Origin: Mycolicibacterium smegmatis
GTDB lineage: Bacteria > Actinomycetota > Actinomycetes > Mycobacteriales > Mycobacteriaceae
Assembly: GCF_001457595.1 (NCBI RefSeq)
Contig: NZ_LN831039.1
Coordinates: 1,260,001-1,292,000, forward strand
DNA length: 32,000 bases
Direction of reading: 5' to 3'
The position numbers were made by a program, and so were the translations under genes. Positions 1 to 9,605 of this stretch are shown piece by piece. Each line of letters starts with the position of its first letter. Position 1 is the stretch's first letter. The notes below the pieces were generated by a model. That model made no database searches. It had not been told where the DNA came from and worked only from the letters and a program-made list of their open reading frames with translations.

Positions 1-15
1 TTCAGGCGCGCGTGC

Positions 16-1470
16 GTGCCGGCATTCGTCGGAGGTGTCGCGCTGACCACCGCGCTCGGGGTGGGCGCGGTGGCGACGACGACACCGGGGACCGCGCACG
101 TGGCCTCCGGCGTCGGCCTCAAGGCGCTCATCACCCACGGCAGCGCCACCAACTGGAACGCCGACGGCATCGACAAGTTCTACGGCCTCGACTGGAACGA
201 GAAATACGGGCCGACGGTGGTGTCGCAGTTCTCGCTGTTCCCGTACAACGTCAACCCCGACAACCTCAAGGCCGCGCTGCGCAACAACGTCGGCGATCCC
301 GAGCCCGACCTGGTGCTCACCTCAGGGCGGGGTTCCGGGGCCGCCACGGTCACGATGCTCCTGCTGCTCAACAGCGGCAGACCCGAGGACCGCGAGTTGG
401 TGCTCAACACCCGCTGGATCCTGGACAACAGCGTCAACCGGCCCAACGGCGGCTACGGGTCGAGGTACATCCCGTTCAGCATCCTGGGTGTCTACCCATG
501 GCCGACGCCGACCGACGAGGGCGTCGACATCGTCGACGTCGGCTATGAGTACGCGTGGAACTCGAGTGCCCCGGCGTACGTGACCAACGTTGTCGCGCTA
601 CTGAATTCGATCATCGCCTACGCCTACCGGTACAAGTCGCAGGCATTCACGGGCCTGCCGGTGGATCCTGCGCTCGGCATCGATCCGGTCACCGGTGAGC
701 CGAAACTTGAGAAGGGCTACCACTACATCGTCGAGGTCGACGGCACCGTGACCAAGGTGCCGCTGAGCACCCTGGGCAACACCAACACCGCCTACGTGAC
801 CTACCGGGCCGACGGTCTGCCGATGCTGCAGCCGCTGCGCGACGTCGGCGGTCGGTTCGGCAACGCGGTCGCCGACCTGCTGCAACCGGCGCTCAAGGTC
901 ATCGTCGACGCGTCCTATCCCGGCGGTGACCCCGTGGCCAACCCGGACCGCTACATCACGGCGAGCCTCTTCACCCCGCCCGACGTGGCGATCAAGGCAA
1001 TCCAGAAATTGCCGTCAGCCATTGCGCAGGGCGTCGAGGACTTCAAGAAGGACGTGGGGCTCACCACGACGAAGGCACCCGCAGTCGAGGAACGCGACGC
1101 CGAACCGAAATCTGTTGAGGAACAAGTCGCTCCGCGGCAGGATGACGACACGGCGAAGGCTCTCGGCGCCACTGTCGCGGTGTCGTCGAAACCTGCCGCG
1201 GAATCCGAAGAGCCGTCGATCAAGAGCGTCACCGAATCCGGCGCCGTCAAAAACGTCACGGTCACCAAGAAGGACACCAAGAAGGCGGCAGACAAACGCG
1301 TCCGTCCGCGTCCGCTCCGCAAGCTCGTCGAGAACGTCACGAAGGCGTTGACGCCCAAGGCCACCCGGCCCGCCAAGACGTCGAAGCCCGCTACGAGCAC
1401 CGATTCCAACGGTGCGTCAGCGGGCCAATCCGACTCCGGTGACGCGAAGTCCGGCGACTCCGACTCCTGA
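16..1470 (+). CDS. Secreted PE-PPE (alpha/beta-hydrolase-like) domain protein with a charged low-complexity C-terminal tail; possibly 5'-partial
   Basis: The frame is open from nt 1 (FRRAC precedes the GTG at 16). The Ala/Gly/Thr-rich hydrophobic N-terminus looks like a signal peptide whose charged n-region may lie upstream of the window. The core has the look of mycobacterial PE-PPE domains (DLVLTSGRGSGAATV, LDNSVNRPNGGYGSRYIPF). The last ~140 aa are Lys/Glu/Pro/Ser-rich. GC3 is high. Confidence 0.6.
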   Translation: MPAFVGGVALTTALGVGAVATTTPGTAHVASGVGLKALITHGSATNWNADGIDKFYGLDWNEKYGPTVVSQFSLFPYNVNPDNLKAALRNNVGDPEPDLVLTSGRGSGAATVTMLLLLNSGRPEDRELVLNTRWILDNSVNRPNGGYGSRYIPFSILGVYPWPTPTDEGVDIVDVGYEYAWNSSAPAYVTNVVALLNSIIAYAYRYKSQAFTGLPVDPALGIDPVTGEPKLEKGYHYIVEVDGTVTKVPLSTLGNTNTAYVTYRADGLPMLQPLRDVGGRFGNAVADLLQPALKVIVDASYPGGDPVANPDRYITASLFTPPDVAIKAIQKLPSAIAQGVEDFKKDVGLTTTKAPAVEERDAEPKSVEEQVAPRQDDDTAKALGATVAVSSKPAAESEEPSIKSVTESGAVKNVTVTKKDTKKAADKRVRPRPLRKLVENVTKALTPKATRPAKTSKPATSTDSNGASAGQSDSGDAKSGDSDS

Positions 1471-1478
1471 CGGCAGGC

Positions 1479-2915
1479 TCACACCGATATCGGCGTCTTG
1501 TCCGGGTAGATCATCTCGGCCGGTGCGTTGGTGCGCCGCCCGACGACGAAGTAGTACAGCGCTGCGGTGACGACGAGGCCGACGATCCAGGAGATGTCGG
1601 CACCGCCGAGCATGTTGGTGATCGGCCCGGTGTAGAGCTTCTGCGCGAGGAACGGGATCTGGACGACGACGCCGACGACGTAGCAGGCGAGTGCGGGCAG
1701 GTTCCATGAGCCGTACCGGCCCGCTGGGTCGTAGAGGGCCGGAATGTCCACGCGCTCTTTGGAGATCACGTAGTAGTCGGTGAGGTTGATCGCGCTCCAC
1801 GGCGTGAAGACCATGAGCAGCGTCAGCACGAAGTTCTTGAAGTTGTCGAGGAAGTCCGCGCTGGCGACCACGGCGATCGCCACGGACACCGCGGTGAAGC
1901 CCACGATGTAGGCGGCGCGGACGGCGGGCGCGATGCGGGTCTGGCCGTTGATCCCGCTCACGGTGGTCAGGATGCACATGAACCCGCCGTAGGCGTTGAG
2001 CGTGTTGACGGTGAGCTTGCCGACGACGATGACCAGATAGATCAGCACCGCCAGCGCGGCGGTTCCGGCGAGGCCACCGACGAAGCCGACCTGGTCGCCG
2101 AGGAACGCGTCACCGGCGACCGCGGCGACGAGCGCGCCGAACGTCATCGACCACTGCGAACCGATCACCGAACCGGCGAACGTCGACCAGAAGGTGGCCC
2201 GCCCGCTGGTGCTGCGCGGCAGATACCGCGAGTAGTCGGCGACGTACGGGCCGAACGTGAGCTGCCAACCCGCGATCAGGGAGATCGCCAGCAGGAACGT
2301 GACGAAGTCGAACGGCACCACGCCGATCACCGACGACACGTCGTACTGGGTGAACAGCCGGATGGCCAGGTAGGTGAAGCCGATGACGCCCAGGACGGTG
2401 GCGATGCGCCCGACGACGTGGATCACCCGGTACCCGACGACCGCGATCACCGCCGTGAGCGCGCCGAAGATCAGGATCCCCGCCGAGGACGAGCCCAGAT
2501 GCAGGATCTCGTTGATCGCCTGCCCGGCCAGCACACTGCCGGTCGCGGCGAAGCCCAGGTACATCAACACCACCAGCAGCAGCGGGATCGCCGCGCCGTG
2601 CACACCGAATTGCGCGCGGCTGGAGATCATTTGCGGAAGTCCCATGCGCGGACCCTGTGCCGAGTGCAGCGCCATGACGATGCCACCGAGGATGTTGCCG
2701 ATCAGCAACCCGATGATCGCCCACAGTGCGTCCGCGCCGAACACCACCGCCAGGGCGCCGTCGACGATCGCGGTGATCTGGGTGTTCGCCCCGAACCACA
2801 ACGTGAACTGGTTGCGGACGCTGCCGTGCCGTTCCTCGTCGGGAATGACGTCGATGGTGCGGCGTTCGATCGCCGGTGCTGAACCAGCGTGACCCGATGA
2901 ATCATGTTGTGACAT
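1479..2915 (-). CDS. NCS1-family permease (cytosine/purine/uracil/thiamine/allantoin transporter family)
   Basis: The track ORF 1479..3122 is trimmed to Met70 (ATG at 2915). The upstream 69 aa are Cys/His/Arg-rich and lie in the AT-richer intergenic region. The N-terminus MSQHDSSG..RTIDVIPDEERHGSVRNQFTLWFGANTQI and about 12 hydrophobic helices are typical of NCS1 permeases. Confidence 0.85.
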   Translation of the reverse strand: MSQHDSSGHAGSAPAIERRTIDVIPDEERHGSVRNQFTLWFGANTQITAIVDGALAVVFGADALWAIIGLLIGNILGGIVMALHSAQGPRMGLPQMISSRAQFGVHGAAIPLLLVVLMYLGFAATGSVLAGQAINEILHLGSSSAGILIFGALTAVIAVVGYRVIHVVGRIATVLGVIGFTYLAIRLFTQYDVSSVIGVVPFDFVTFLLAISLIAGWQLTFGPYVADYSRYLPRSTSGRATFWSTFAGSVIGSQWSMTFGALVAAVAGDAFLGDQVGFVGGLAGTAALAVLIYLVIVVGKLTVNTLNAYGGFMCILTTVSGINGQTRIAPAVRAAYIVGFTAVSVAIAVVASADFLDNFKNFVLTLLMVFTPWSAINLTDYYVISKERVDIPALYDPAGRYGSWNLPALACYVVGVVVQIPFLAQKLYTGPITNMLGGADISWIVGLVVTAALYYFVVGRRTNAPAEMIYPDKTPISV

Positions 2916-2966
2916 AAGCGGCTTCCATCTCTGAGCATGCCTGGGCGGACGGCACGGAATGTGGCG

Positions 2967-3215
2967 CGTGACACAGCCGACATTCATCAGAATCAACCTT
3001 GGATGGACGAATGTCAACACATGTGTCACGCACTCGGTATGTCGTCGCGATGACAGGTGACAAGTCAAGTGCGTCGTGCTGCACCGTGCAACACGTACAG
3101 CGACTTCAAAGCCCTGTGACACAAGAAATTTACGTGACGATCCAGATTGGGGGCATTGACACAGGTCGGATGGTGAACCCGAGCCCAGAGCCTGTGGAGG
3201 CCCGACCTTGACACC
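2967..3215. promoter_or_regulatory. Array of (G/T)TGACAC(A) motifs in the divergent permease/rpiR control region
   Basis: Exact TGACAC occurs at 2969-2974(+), 3023-3028(-), 3117-3122(+), 3157-3162(+) and 3209-3214(+). Variants are TGACAG 3051, TGACAA 3058 and TGACGA 3135. A 10-bp perfect palindrome ACACATGTGT lies at 3017-3026. Confidence 0.45.
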
Positions 3216-3236
3216 CCTTCATTCATCGGCGATATT
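3208..3236 (+). promoter_or_regulatory. Candidate sigma-A-type promoter giving a leaderless rpiR-like transcript
   Basis: TTGACA (3208-3213), a 17-nt spacer and GATATT (3231-3236). The ATG at 3242 lies 6 nt after the -10, where a transcription start would be expected. No Shine-Dalgarno sequence precedes this ATG. Confidence 0.35.
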
Positions 3237-3241
3237 CATGA

Positions 3242-4159
3242 ATGAACGCGATGGAGGTGACGTCAGCCATGGACCGGGGGCTCGATGAGGGTGCGATCCC
3301 GGATTTCGTGGACGGCGAACCCGCCGACGTGCGGCGCTGGCTGGAGATGGTGATCAACCGGCGCCGGCTGTCGCCCGCACATCGTCGTGTGGCGCGGTAT
3401 CTGCTCGACCACCCCGAACAGGCTGCCGCCCTGACGGCCGAGGACCTGGGTAAACGCTCCGGGGTCAGCCAGGCGTCCGTGACCCGGTTCGCGATGGAAC
3501 TGGGCTTCCGCGGGTATCCCGAGATGCGCGCCGAGCTGGGCAACCAGATCGCCGCGCAGGCCAAGGGTGTTCCCAACGGTCTGGTGGCCAACGTGCTCGA
3601 ACGCACCGTCGCCAAGGATGTCGCCAACATCGAGGGCCTGGTGTCGAGCCCGTGGGCGGGTCAACGGCTGGACCGTGTGGGCCGCAACCTCGCCGGCTCA
3701 CAACCCCTGCCGGTGATGGGGTTGCGCATCTCGCGTCCGTTCGCCGACCTGTTCGCGTACTTCGGCGCGAAGGTGCATCCCGACGTGCGGGTGGTGCCGG
3801 CCGGATCCGACGGTGACGACGTCCTCGCCGTCGCCGCCAAGGCCGGGGCCACCTGGATGCTGGCATTCGGCTTGCCGAGATATCCTCGGGCCCTGCTGGA
3901 TTCGATCCGCTATGCCCGCTCGTTGGGTCTGCGCGTCGCCCTGGTCACCGACAGCCCGCTGTGCCCGCTGGCGCACGACGTCGACGACCTGCTCGCGGCT
4001 CCGGTCAATTCCGAACTGACCTTCGACTCCTGCACGGCACCCCTGGCGCTCACCATGGGTCTGCTGCAGGCGATGACGGAGGCGCTGCCTGATCACGGCC
4101 AGGCGCGCCTCGAAGAGTTCGATCAGCGCGCCGAAGAGCGCTGCCTGTTCATCGATTGA
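3242..4159 (+). CDS. MurR/RpiR-family transcriptional regulator (HTH + SIS domain)
   Basis: RpiR-type HTH (RRLSPAHRRVARYLLDHPEQAAALTAEDLGKRSGVSQASVTRFAMELGFRGYPEMRAEL) followed by a SIS-like C-terminal half. It is divergent from the permease and upstream of the hut operon. Alternative in-frame starts are at 3251 and 3269. Confidence 0.85.
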   Translation: MNAMEVTSAMDRGLDEGAIPDFVDGEPADVRRWLEMVINRRRLSPAHRRVARYLLDHPEQAAALTAEDLGKRSGVSQASVTRFAMELGFRGYPEMRAELGNQIAAQAKGVPNGLVANVLERTVAKDVANIEGLVSSPWAGQRLDRVGRNLAGSQPLPVMGLRISRPFADLFAYFGAKVHPDVRVVPAGSDGDDVLAVAAKAGATWMLAFGLPRYPRALLDSIRYARSLGLRVALVTDSPLCPLAHDVDDLLAAPVNSELTFDSCTAPLALTMGLLQAMTEALPDHGQARLEEFDQRAEERCLFID

Positions 4160-4185
4160 TATGCGACAACGATTTTCACACCTGC

Positions 4186-4206
4186 CGGCCGGTTGAGAAC
4201 CGGCCG
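4186..4206 (+). terminator. GC-rich hairpin between rpiR and hutU (possible factor-independent terminator or attenuating structure)
   Basis: CGGCCGGTT-GAG-AACCGGCCG forms a perfect 9-bp stem with a 3-nt loop. It lies 27 nt after the rpiR stop and ends 2 nt before the hutU Shine-Dalgarno AAGGAGG (4209-4215). There is no U-tract. Confidence 0.3.
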
Positions 4207-4220
4207 CGAAGGAGGCTCTG

Positions 4221-5879
4221 ATGGAAGGTGCCCGCCCCGTCCGCGCGCCCCGTGGCACGACCCTGACCGCTCGCAGCTGGGCCACCGAGGCGCCGCTGCG
4301 GATGCTGATGAACAACCTGGACCCCGAAAACGCCGAACGGCCCGACGATCTCGTCGTCTACGGCGGGACGGGCCGCGCGGCGCGGAACTGGGCCAGCTTC
4401 GACGCGATGGTCCGAACCCTCACCACGTTGCGTGAGGACGAGACCATGCTGGTGCAGTCCGGCAAGCCGGTCGGGGTGTTCCAGACCCACGAGTGGGCGC
4501 CGCGTGTGCTGATCGCGAACTCGAACCTGGTGGGGGACTGGGCCACCTGGCCTGAGTTCCGGCGCCTCGAAGCCATGGGCCTGACGATGTACGGGCAGAT
4601 GACCGCGGGGTCATGGATCTACATCGGCACCCAGGGCATCGTCCAGGGCACCTACGAGACGTTCGCCGCGGCAGCGGAGAAACGCTTCGGCGGCACCCTG
4701 GCCGGCACTCTAACGCTCACGGGGGGCTGCGGTGGCATGGGCGGTGCCCAACCGCTGGCGGTCACCCTCAACGGCGGGGCCTGCCTGATTGTCGACGTCG
4801 ACGAGGCCCGCCTGCGGCGTCGCGTCGAACACCGCTACCTCGACGAGGTCGCCGACAACCTCGACGACGCGGTGACCAAGGCCGTCGCGGCACGCAAAGA
4901 CAAGCGCGCCTGGTCGGTCGGCGTGGTGGGCAATGCCGCCGAGGTGTTCCCCGAACTGCTGCGCCGCGGTGTGCCCATCGATCTGGTGACCGATCAGACC
5001 AGCGCCCACGATCCGCTGTCGTATCTGCCGATCGGCATCTCGGTCGAGGACTGGGAGGACTACGCCACCAAGAAACCCGACGAGTTCACCGAACGTGCCG
5101 AGGAGTCCATGGCCGTCCAGGTGCGGGCCATGGTGGAGTTCCAGGACGCCGGGGCCGAGGTGTTCGACTACGGCAACTCGATCCGCGACGAGGCACGAAA
5201 GGCCGGATATGACCGTGCCTTCGAGTTCCCCGGATTCGTCCCCGCCTACATCCGCCCGCAATTCTGCGAGGGCCGCGGACCATTCCGGTGGGTGGCACTC
5301 TCGGGTGACCCCAAGGACATCCACGCCACCGACGAGGCCATCATGAAGTTGTTCCCCGACGATGACCGCCTGCAGAAGTGGATGCGTGGCGCCCGCGAGA
5401 AGATCTCCTTCCAGGGCCTGCCGGCACGGATCTGCTGGCTGGGCTACGGCGAACGCGACAAGGCCGGCGTGCTGTTCAACGACCTGGTGGCCAGCGGCAA
5501 GGTGTCCGCGCCCATCGTCATAGGCCGCGATCACCTGGACTCCGGTTCGGTGGCCAGCCCCTACCGAGAAACCGAGGCGATGCTCGACGGCTCCGACGCG
5601 ATCGCCGACTGGCCGCTGCTCAACGCGCTCACCGCGACATCCTCGGGTGCGACGTGGGTGTCGATCCACCACGGCGGCGGTGTCGGCATCGGCCGCTCGA
5701 TCCACGCCGGTCAGGTGGGTGTGGCCGACGGTACCGAGCTTGCCGCGCAGAAACTTTCGCGGCTGCTCACCAACGATCCAGGGATGGGCGTCATCCGCCA
5801 CGTCGACGCCGGTTACGAACGCGCCGAAGAGATCGCCGCCGAGCGCGGTGTGCGGATCCCGATGAGGGAGGGCGAGTGA
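4221..5879 (+). CDS. hutU: Urocanate hydratase
   Basis: Strong SD AAGGAGG 5 nt upstream. The sequence is full-length and matches the urocanase family ([76 protein letters not shown]). Confidence 0.95.
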   Translation: MEGARPVRAPRGTTLTARSWATEAPLRMLMNNLDPENAERPDDLVVYGGTGRAARNWASFDAMVRTLTTLREDETMLVQSGKPVGVFQTHEWAPRVLIANSNLVGDWATWPEFRRLEAMGLTMYGQMTAGSWIYIGTQGIVQGTYETFAAAAEKRFGGTLAGTLTLTGGCGGMGGAQPLAVTLNGGACLIVDVDEARLRRRVEHRYLDEVADNLDDAVTKAVAARKDKRAWSVGVVGNAAEVFPELLRRGVPIDLVTDQTSAHDPLSYLPIGISVEDWEDYATKKPDEFTERAEESMAVQVRAMVEFQDAGAEVFDYGNSIRDEARKAGYDRAFEFPGFVPAYIRPQFCEGRGPFRWVALSGDPKDIHATDEAIMKLFPDDDRLQKWMRGAREKISFQGLPARICWLGYGERDKAGVLFNDLVASGKVSAPIVIGRDHLDSGSVASPYRETEAMLDGSDAIADWPLLNALTATSSGATWVSIHHGGGVGIGRSIHAGQVGVADGTELAAQKLSRLLTNDPGMGVIRHVDAGYERAEEIAAERGVRIPMREGE

Positions 5880-7090
5880 AACCCCTCGATCAGCGGTTCG
5901 AGACCACCTGGGCCGATCTGCAACCCGTCGGCCGCGACAAACTGTCCGGCGGGTACCACCGCTTCGCGTGGACCGGTCCGGACGCCGACATGCGCGCCTG
6001 GTTCAGCGATCAGGCGCACAGTCGCGGCCTCACCTACGAATGCGACGGCAACGGCAACCAGTGGGCGTGGTGGGGCACCCCCGGCCCAGGTGCCGTGGTC
6101 ACCGGCAGCCACCTCGACAGCGTGCCCAGCGGCGGCGCGTTCGACGGGCCGCTCGGTGTGGTGTCGGCGTTCCTCGCCATCGACGAGATGCGCAGCCGCG
6201 GTGTGCAACCCACCCATCCGATCGCGGTCGTCAACTGTGTCGACGAGGAAGGCGCCCGCTTCGGTGTGGCGTGCATCGGCAGCCAACTGCTCACCGGTGC
6301 CCTGAGCCCCGAGAAGGCCCGCAACCTGTACGACGTCGACGGCGTCACGGTCGCCGAGGCGATGCGCACCGCCGGGGCCGACCCCAACGACCTCGGTCGC
6401 GACGACACCGTCCTGAACCGGATCGGCGCGTTCGTCGAACTGCACGTCGAACAGGGTCGTGGGCTGACCACCATGAACGCCCCCGTCGGCGTGGCCACGT
6501 CGATCTGGCCACACGGCCGTTGGCGCTTCGCATTCCGCGGTGAGGCCAATCACGCGGGGACCACACGGCTCGCCGACCGGCACGATCCCACACTCGCCTT
6601 TGCCGCCGCGGTGCTCGCCGCGCGCGATGCCGCCGAGGCCAACGGTGCCGTCGCCACGATGGGCAAGGCGTTCATCATCCCCAACGGTGCCAACGCGATC
6701 CCGTCGCAGATCAACGCGTGGCTCGATGCGCGCGCCGGGGACGACGCGGTGCTCGAACGCATGGTGCGCGCCGTCGAGGACGCCGCCGCCAAGGCCGCGA
6801 ACGATCACGGCACCGCGGTCGAGGTCGAGCGCGAATCGTATTCACCGGCAGTGGTGTTCGACGAGACGCTGCGCGACCGTCTTGCCGCCGCGCTGGGCGG
6901 TGTTCCGGTGCTGCCAACCGGTGCCGGGCACGACGCGGGCATCCTCTCGGCGCACGTGCCCTCGGCAATGTTGTTCGTGCGCAACCACACCGGCGTGAGC
7001 CACAGCCCCAGCGAACACGCCGACGCCGAGGACTGCGTCGCCGGGGTGCAGGCGCTCGCGACGGTATTGGAGGAACTGGCCTGCACATGA
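5876..7090 (+). CDS. M20-family Zn amidohydrolase (allantoate amidohydrolase / N-carbamoyl-L-amino-acid hydrolase family), probable last step of the hut pathway
   Basis: The GTG at 5876 overlaps the hutU TGA (GTGA). The track ORF 5378..7090 is trimmed because its first 166 aa are Arg/Gly-rich shadow inside hutU. Family motifs: [44 protein letters not shown]. The substrate assignment is inferred from context. Confidence 0.8.
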   Translation: MKPLDQRFETTWADLQPVGRDKLSGGYHRFAWTGPDADMRAWFSDQAHSRGLTYECDGNGNQWAWWGTPGPGAVVTGSHLDSVPSGGAFDGPLGVVSAFLAIDEMRSRGVQPTHPIAVVNCVDEEGARFGVACIGSQLLTGALSPEKARNLYDVDGVTVAEAMRTAGADPNDLGRDDTVLNRIGAFVELHVEQGRGLTTMNAPVGVATSIWPHGRWRFAFRGEANHAGTTRLADRHDPTLAFAAAVLAARDAAEANGAVATMGKAFIIPNGANAIPSQINAWLDARAGDDAVLERMVRAVEDAAAKAANDHGTAVEVERESYSPAVVFDETLRDRLAAALGGVPVLPTGAGHDAGILSAHVPSAMLFVRNHTGVSHSPSEHADAEDCVAGVQALATVLEELACT

Positions 7091-8418
7091 GCTCCTACTT
7101 CGCAGACCACGCCTGGCTCGGTGACGAGCAGGTGGCCGACAACGTGCTGATCACCGTCGACGGCGACGCCATCACGGCCGTGCAGCGCGACGCCGCACGC
7201 CCTGCCGACGCCGTGCACCTGCGGGGCGTGACCCTGCCAGGACTGGCCAACGCGCACAGCCACGCCTTCCACCGCGCCCTGCGCGGCCGTACCCATCGTG
7301 GTTGCGGCAGCTTCTGGACCTGGCGCGAGGACATGTACGCCGTCGCCGAACGTCTCACCCCCGACGGTTATTACGCGCTGGCCCTCGCCACCTATGCCGA
7401 GATGGCGCTGGCCGGCATCACTTGCGTCGGCGAGTTCCACTACCTGCACCACCGGCCCGGCGGGGCACGTTATGACGATCCGAACGCCATGGGCGCCGCG
7501 CTGATCGCCGCGGCCCACGCCGCGGGCATCCGCATCACGCTGCTCGACACGTGCTACCTCACCGGCGGTGTCGGACAGGAGCTGCGGGGACCGCAACTGC
7601 GGTTCGGGGACGGCGACGCCGCGACGTGGGCCGAACGCGCCGACAAACTCGCCGCCGCACCCCACGCCAAGATCGGCGCCGCCATCCACTCCGTGCGTGC
7701 CGTCCCGCCGGATTCCGTTGGTGCCGTCGCGGAATGGGCAAACCAGCGGGACACGCCCCTGCACTTCCATCTGTCGGAACAACGCGCCGAGAACGACGCG
7801 TGCCTGCAGGCCTACGGCACCACGCCCACACGCCTGCTCGCCGAGCACGGCGCCCTCGGTGCGAACGCCACCGCCGTGCACGCCACCCACCTCACCCACA
7901 CCGACATCACCGACCTGGCCGGCGCCGGTACCGCCGTCTGCATCACCCCGACCACCGAACGCGATCTGGCCGACGGCATCGGCCCGGCACGTGAACTCGC
8001 CGACGCCGGATGCGCGCTGTCGGTGGGCAGCGACAGCAATGCGATCATCGACCTGTTCGAGGAGGCCCGCGCCGTCGAACTCGACGAACGGCTGCGCAGC
8101 GAGAAGCGCGGCCACTGGACCGCGGCGCAACTGCTCACCGCGGCCACGGCCGACGGCCACCGCGCCCTCGGCTGGCCGACGGCAGGCCGTATCGCCCCAG
8201 GTGCGACCGCTGATCTGGTGACCGTCTCGCTCGACTCGGTGCGCCTCGCCGGTGTGCAACCCGAAACCGTTTTGGAGTCAGTCGTGTTCGCCGCCCATGC
8301 CGGCGACGTGCGCGACGTCGTCGTCGGTGGACGCCAGGTGGTCGCCGACGGACGGCACACCATGGTCGACGATGTACCCGCCGCCCTGCACGCCGCGATC
8401 AAGGACATCCTCGTATGA
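7087..8418 (+). CDS. hutF: Formimidoylglutamate deiminase
   Basis: The ATG at 7087 overlaps the upstream TGA (ATGA). [53 protein letters not shown] matches the HutF amidohydrolase family. Confidence 0.85.
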   Translation: MSSYFADHAWLGDEQVADNVLITVDGDAITAVQRDAARPADAVHLRGVTLPGLANAHSHAFHRALRGRTHRGCGSFWTWREDMYAVAERLTPDGYYALALATYAEMALAGITCVGEFHYLHHRPGGARYDDPNAMGAALIAAAHAAGIRITLLDTCYLTGGVGQELRGPQLRFGDGDAATWAERADKLAAAPHAKIGAAIHSVRAVPPDSVGAVAEWANQRDTPLHFHLSEQRAENDACLQAYGTTPTRLLAEHGALGANATAVHATHLTHTDITDLAGAGTAVCITPTTERDLADGIGPARELADAGCALSVGSDSNAIIDLFEEARAVELDERLRSEKRGHWTAAQLLTAATADGHRALGWPTAGRIAPGATADLVTVSLDSVRLAGVQPETVLESVVFAAHAGDVRDVVVGGRQVVADGRHTMVDDVPAALHAAIKDILV

Positions 8419-9605
8419 CCACACTGCTCATCGACAACATCGGATCACTCGTCACCAACGACCCGACCCTCGACGCCGGCCCGCTGGGCGTGCTCCGCGA
8501 CGCTGCCGTCGTCGTCGAGGACGGCCGGATCGCCTGGTACGGATCCAGATCCGACGCGCCCGCCGCCGATACGCGCCTCGACGCCGCCGGCCGTGCCGTC
8601 ATCCCCGGGTTCGTCGACAGTCACGCCCATCTGGTGTTCGCCGGGGACCGGTCCGAAGAATTCGCCGCCCGCATGTCGGGAACCCCGTATCAGGCCGGCG
8701 GTATCCGCACCACCGTCACCGCGACACGCGATGCCACCGATGCCACGCTCAAGTCGACGGTCACCCGATTGGCCGCCGAGGCAACGCGGTCGGGCACCAC
8801 CACGCTCGAGTGCAAGTCCGGTTACGGGCTCACCGTCGAGCAGGAACTGCGCAGCCTGCAGGTCGCCGCCGAGATCACCGACGAGGTGACGTTCATGGGT
8901 GCCCACGTGGTGCCGCCCGAATACGCCGACACACCAGACGATTACGTCGAGCTGGTGTGCACCGCCATGCTCGACGCATGCGCCCCGGCGGCCAAATGGG
9001 TCGACGTGTTCTGCGAGCGGGGAGCATTCGACGTCGACCAGTCGCGGGCCATCCTGCAGGCCGGTATCGCGCGTGGCCTGCAACCCCGCGTCCACGCCAA
9101 CCAACTCGGACCGGGACCCGGCGTGCAGCTGGCGGTCGAATGCAACGCGGCCTCCGCCGATCACGTCACGCACGTCACCGACGCCGACATCGCCGCCCTT
9201 GCCGGCAGCAACACCGTCGCGACGCTGCTGCCCGCCGCCGAATTTTCCACACGCGCCGCCTATCCTGACGGGCGACGGTTGCTCGACGCCGGTGTCACGG
9301 TGGCGTTGTCGCCGGACTGCAATCCCGGATCGAGCTTCACCACCAACATGCCGTTCTGCATCGCGGTGGCCGTGCGCGAGATGCACCTGACCCCGGACGA
9401 AGCGGTGTGGGCCGCCACCGCTGGCGGTGCGCGGGCCCTGCGCCGTGATGACGTCGGCCATCTCGCGGTCGGTGCCCGGGCCGACCTTGCGCTCCTCGAC
9501 GCGCCCTCACATATCCATCTGGCTTACCGGCCCGGTGTCCCGCTCGTCGCGGCCGTGCTCCGCAACGGCGAAATCGTCTGGCAGACAAAAGAGGTGACTT
9601 CATGA
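8415..9605 (+). CDS. hutI: Imidazolonepropionase
   Basis: ATGA overlap with the hutF stop. [35 protein letters not shown] and the later metal-ligand regions are typical of HutI. Confidence 0.95.
   Translation: MTTLLIDNIGSLVTNDPTLDAGPLGVLRDAAVVVEDGRIAWYGSRSDAPAADTRLDAAGRAVIPGFVDSHAHLVFAGDRSEEFAARMSGTPYQAGGIRTTVTATRDATDATLKSTVTRLAAEATRSGTTTLECKSGYGLTVEQELRSLQVAAEITDEVTFMGAHVVPPEYADTPDDYVELVCTAMLDACAPAAKWVDVFCERGAFDVDQSRAILQAGIARGLQPRVHANQLGPGPGVQLAVECNAASADHVTHVTDADIAALAGSNTVATLLPAAEFSTRAAYPDGRRLLDAGVTVALSPDCNPGSSFTTNMPFCIAVAVREMHLTPDEAVWAATAGGARALRRDDVGHLAVGARADLALLDAPSHIHLAYRPGVPLVAAVLRNGEIVWQTKEVTS

Noticed and set aside
4710-5801. Long antisense or alternative-frame ORFs. The track lists many, for example 4710-5801(-), 6805-8259(-), 8445-9461(-), 9524-10420(-), 15728-17149(-), 19666-21417(-), 21614-22816(-), 27558-29069(-), 29489-30859(+), 14591-15880(+) and 5378-5875(+).
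   Set aside because: Their translations are Arg/Gly/His/Pro-rich with no recognisable domains. They lie opposite to, or out of frame with, genes that have clear family signatures and high third-position GC. These are typical shadow ORFs of high-GC genomes.
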